Source: Candidatus Caccoplasma sp. (GTDB taxonomy: Bacteria; Bacteroidota; Bacteroidia; Bacteroidales; G3-4614). Taken from it: a DNA stretch of 64,000 nucleotides. The stretch is from positions 79,045 to 143,044 of the forward strand of contig JAZNCN010000028.1 of assembly GCA_045587545.1 (NCBI GenBank). The letters run 5' to 3'. Under the pieces are notes generated by a model that was not told where the DNA came from, did not search any database, and was given only the letters and a program-made list of their open reading frames with translations. This document shows, piece after piece, positions 60,853 through 64,000 of the stretch (within the stretch, counting starts at the first letter, position 1; every line of letters begins with the position of its first letter). Both the position numbers and the translations under genes were made by a program.

Positions 60853-61983
60853 TTATATCACTCCTTTTGATGAGGGAATTACTCCGTTTAAAACATCTCT
60901 TGTTACAGCCATTTTTATCGCTCTGGCAAAGGCTTTAAATATTCCCTCTATTTTGTGATGCTCGTTAATGCCTTCTGCTTTTATATTTAAGTTCATTGCT
61001 GCAGAATCGGATAATGATTTGAAGAAGTGCATAAACATCTCTGTCGGCATATCACCTACATACTCGCGTTTAAACTCTGCGTCCCATACTAACCAAGCAC
61101 GTCCGCCAAAGTCAAGAGCCACACTGCATAACGAGTCGTCCATTGGCAGATAAAATCCATAACGGTTAATACCGCGTTTATCGCCAAGTGCCTTGCGTAA
61201 AGCCTCACCTATTGCTATTCCTGTATCCTCTATAGTGTGGTGTTCATCAACATTCAAATCGCCTTTTGTAATAATTGTTACGTCCATACCCGAATGGCGT
61301 CCCAATTGGTCAAGCATGTGGTCAAAGAATGATAACCCTGTTGATACATTGCTCTTGCCTGTTCCGTCAAGATTTATTTTTACATATATATCGGTCTCCG
61401 ATGTTTTACGCGATACCTCAACAACCCTCTCTCCGGCTATAAGATATGACGAAATTTGGTCCCATGATGTTGCAACAAGTGAACATACATCTTCAAGATT
61501 TTTCTCTTTTAGCTTTGCCTCGCCCTCCTCTTTTGATGTTGCTATCAGTATTGCTTTTGCTCCAAGATTTTTGGCAAGCATTACATCTGTTACTCTATCG
61601 CCTATTACATACGACTCGGCAAGATTATATTCACCTGTCATATATTTACCCATCATACCTATACCGGGTTTTCGTGTAGGTTTGTTTTCGTGAGGGAATG
61701 AGGGGTCAATCAATATATCGTCAAACTCTACTCCTTCATTTTTGAATGCCTGTAACATTTTGTTTTGAGGTGGCAAAAATGTTTCGGTAGGGAAAGATGA
61801 TGTTCCCAATCCGTCCTGATTTGAGACAATGACAAACTCATAATCGAGTTTTTCTCTTATTAGTACCATATTTCTGAAAACTCGAGGCATAAACTCAAGT
61901 TTTTCAAGAGAGTCCAACTGATAATCAACAGGTGGCTCAACTACTAATGTTCCGTCTCGGTCAATAAATAGTGCCTTTTTCAT
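60853..61983 (-). CDS. hisB: bifunctional histidinol-phosphatase / imidazoleglycerol-phosphate dehydratase
   Basis: 376-aa ORF. An N-terminal HAD domain (FIDRDGT) plus a C-terminal IGPD domain (HHTIED, HHKIE). Confidence 0.9.
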   Translation of the reverse strand: MKKALFIDRDGTLVVEPPVDYQLDSLEKLEFMPRVFRNMVLIREKLDYEFVIVSNQDGLGTSSFPTETFLPPQNKMLQAFKNEGVEFDDILIDPSFPHENKPTRKPGIGMMGKYMTGEYNLAESYVIGDRVTDVMLAKNLGAKAILIATSKEEGEAKLKEKNLEDVCSLVATSWDQISSYLIAGERVVEVSRKTSETDIYVKINLDGTGKSNVSTGLSFFDHMLDQLGRHSGMDVTIITKGDLNVDEHHTIEDTGIAIGEALRKALGDKRGINRYGFYLPMDDSLCSVALDFGGRAWLVWDAEFKREYVGDMPTEMFMHFFKSLSDSAAMNLNIKAEGINEHHKIEGIFKAFARAIKMAVTRDVLNGVIPSSKGVI

Positions 61984-61992
61984 ATATTGAAC

Positions 61993-63030
61993 TTATTTTT
62001 TATACGATTTTAATGCAGATATTACTTGCTTATTCTCTACTGCTGTACCTACGGTAATTCTTATACAGTTATCGCATAGAGAGATACCATTTCTATTACG
62101 TGCGACTATGCCTTTTTCAATAAGATACTTATATATTGAATCTGCATCGATGGTTTTTACAAGTATAAAGTTTGCATCGGTTGGATATATCTCTGTAATG
62201 CAAGATAGCTTACTCAATGCCTTAGCAAGTTTTTCTCTGTTTTTTAATATTTCTGCCACTTTTTTCTCAACTGATGCAAAATTATCAAGCAACTTTATTG
62301 CATAGCGTTGTGTAAGTATATTTACATTATAGGGATATTTTACCTTATTGAATATTGATATTATCTCGGGCGATGCAAACGCCATTCCCAAACGAACTCC
62401 TGCACTGCCCCATGCCTTTGAGAATGTCTGTAATACAACCAAATTAGGGTAATATTTTAATTTTGACAGATATGATGGTTGAGACGAAAAATCGATATAT
62501 GCTTCATCTAATACAACAATACCATCAAAAACTTTAAGTACCTTCTCTACTTCTTCAATAGGAAACGCATTTCCTGTGGGGTTATTAGGTGAGCACAACC
62601 ATATAATTTTTGAATTATCATCGGTTGCCTTTAATAACTCATCGGCAGAGAATTCATATTTTGAATTGAGTAATACTTTACGGTACTCAACATTATTTAT
62701 ATCTGCACATACAGAGTACATTCCGTACGTTGGTTCAAGTGCTACTACATTATCTTTTAGAGGTTCACAAAATATACGATAGAGCAAATCTATTGGCTCA
62801 TCACTACCCACTCCCAAGAAGATATTTTCAACCGCTACTTTTTTTAGTTTTGATATTTTCTCCTTTACTGCTAATTGTAAAGGATCGGGATAACGATTAT
62901 ATGGAGTATCGTATGGATTTTCATTTGCATCAATAAATACCGATGCTTCGCCTTTAAACTCGTTACGAGCCGATGAATATGGTTTTAGTTCGTATATGTT
63001 TTTACGTACTATATCTTTTAATTCTTTCAT
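61993..63030 (-). CDS. hisC: histidinol-phosphate aminotransferase
   Basis: 345-aa class-II aminotransferase (NPNNPTG, TFSKAWG). Confidence 0.9.
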   Translation of the reverse strand: MKELKDIVRKNIYELKPYSSARNEFKGEASVFIDANENPYDTPYNRYPDPLQLAVKEKISKLKKVAVENIFLGVGSDEPIDLLYRIFCEPLKDNVVALEPTYGMYSVCADINNVEYRKVLLNSKYEFSADELLKATDDNSKIIWLCSPNNPTGNAFPIEEVEKVLKVFDGIVVLDEAYIDFSSQPSYLSKLKYYPNLVVLQTFSKAWGSAGVRLGMAFASPEIISIFNKVKYPYNVNILTQRYAIKLLDNFASVEKKVAEILKNREKLAKALSKLSCITEIYPTDANFILVKTIDADSIYKYLIEKGIVARNRNGISLCDNCIRITVGTAVENKQVISALKSYKK

Positions 63031-63033
63031 GGT

Positions 63034-64000
63034 TTATCTCTTTAACCTTATTGATACTGCATTTTTATGAGCATCAAGACTTTCGTTTTGAGCCATTATC
63101 TCAATTGTTGCGCCCAAGCATTCAAGTCCCTCGCGAGTAATCTCCTGATAGGTTATTTTACGTATAAAGCTATCAAGATTTACTCCATTATATCCTTTCG
63201 CATAACCGCTTGTTGGCAATGTATGATTTGTACCCGATGCATAATCGCCTGCACTCTCAGGCGTATATTGTCCTAAAAATATTGAACCTGCATTTTTTAT
63301 TTGCTCTCCTATTGCCATATAATCTTTACACGATATTATAAGATGTTCAGGTGCATATTCATTTGTAAAAGCAATGGCTTTATCCATTGTATCAAATAGG
63401 AATATACGGCTGTTTGACAACGACTTCTCAACAATATCTTTTCGGGGAAGCAATGCTGTTTGCTCTGTAATGGCATCTTTTACTCTCTCAACAAGAGAAG
63501 AATCGGTTGTTACCAATATTGATTGACTGTCAACACCATGCTCAGCTTGCGATAAAAAGTCTGATGCTACATATTGAGGATTAGCTGTTTCGTCAGCAAG
63601 TATCTCAACTTCTGATGGTCCTGCAGGCATATCAATAGCTACTCCGCCTAAACTTACCAACTGTTTAGCGGCGGTTACATATTGATTTCCGGGGCCAAAT
63701 ATCTTATATACATTGGGAATTGTTTCTGTTCCGTATGCCATAGCTCCAATAGCCTGTACTCCACCCAATTTATAAAAGTTTGTTACGCCTGCCACTTTTG
63801 CTGCATATAATGTTGCAGGGTGAACTTTACCCTCTTTATTACAAGGCGAACACATAACAATATTGTCGCAACCTGCTATTTGTGCAGGTATTGCCAACAT
63901 CAAAACGGTTGAAAAGAGAGGTGCTGTCCCTCCCGGTACATATAAACCAACTCTTTCAATAGCAACGCTTTTTTGCCAGCAAGTAACACCGGGTGTTGTC
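63034..64000 (-). CDS. hisD: histidinol dehydrogenase (partial, N-terminus beyond the window edge)
   Basis: The reading frame stays open to the window end. GLYVPGGTAPLFSTVLMLAIPA is encoded at 63900-63960. SQAEHG and HTLPT motifs are present. Confidence 0.9.
   Translation of the reverse strand, partial: TTPGVTCWQKSVAIERVGLYVPGGTAPLFSTVLMLAIPAQIAGCDNIVMCSPCNKEGKVHPATLYAAKVAGVTNFYKLGGVQAIGAMAYGTETIPNVYKIFGPGNQYVTAAKQLVSLGGVAIDMPAGPSEVEILADETANPQYVASDFLSQAEHGVDSQSILVTTDSSLVERVKDAITEQTALLPRKDIVEKSLSNSRIFLFDTMDKAIAFTNEYAPEHLIISCKDYMAIGEQIKNAGSIFLGQYTPESAGDYASGTNHTLPTSGYAKGYNGVNLDSFIRKITYQEITREGLECLGATIEIMAQNESLDAHKNAVSIRLKR

Overview
This is an AT-rich chromosomal segment with Bacteroidota/Bacteroidales hallmarks. 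TAnnTTTG -7 promoter boxes sit upstream of many genes and Shine-Dalgarno sequences are almost absent. It also carries a BspA-type LRR protein, a Ser-type sulfatase and a GldB-like lipoprotein. I support about 52 protein genes, one tRNA (initiator tRNA-Met), about a dozen hairpin terminators and several short-repeat elements. Layout: 153-6737 is a complete thiamine operon (thiD-thiS-thiE'-thiE-thiG-thiC-thiH-thiF). 6.8-8.4 kb holds an esterase and a putative porin. 8.4-17.0 kb is a visibly more AT-rich accessory island. The rest is housekeeping: nrdJ, dnaA, mlaD-like, amidase, aroE, wzc/wza, two tandem acyl-CoA ligase paralogs, metY, tspO, ettA, sulfatase, dcp, fprA, aguB/aguA, a dxs-like/MBOAT cluster, mltG, mtnN-luxS, ccp, cysK and hisBCD. 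The island is the main candidate for a new system. It carries a three-gene operon with Shango-type architecture (TerB-N/TerB-C protein, DUF2791-like P-loop ATPase, Lhr-like DExH helicase). Its TerB protein has an N-terminal, signal-peptide-less BspA-type leucine-rich-repeat array of about 300 aa, which may be a sensor module. An AbiH-like abortive-infection gene follows, translationally coupled to a 33-codon mini-ORF. The second candidate is an orphan module at 34.1-36.2 kb: a truncated HypF C-terminal domain, a HypB-like GTPase that has lost all three metal ligands, and a SAM methyltransferase, next to a divergent AraC regulator. A third observation is a family of TTAG-containing 7-bp and 9-bp periodic repeats that start on or at the stop codons of six genes, with a core of TTAGTTGTTAG. 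All functional calls come from reading the supplied translations and from motif recall. No database search was run.
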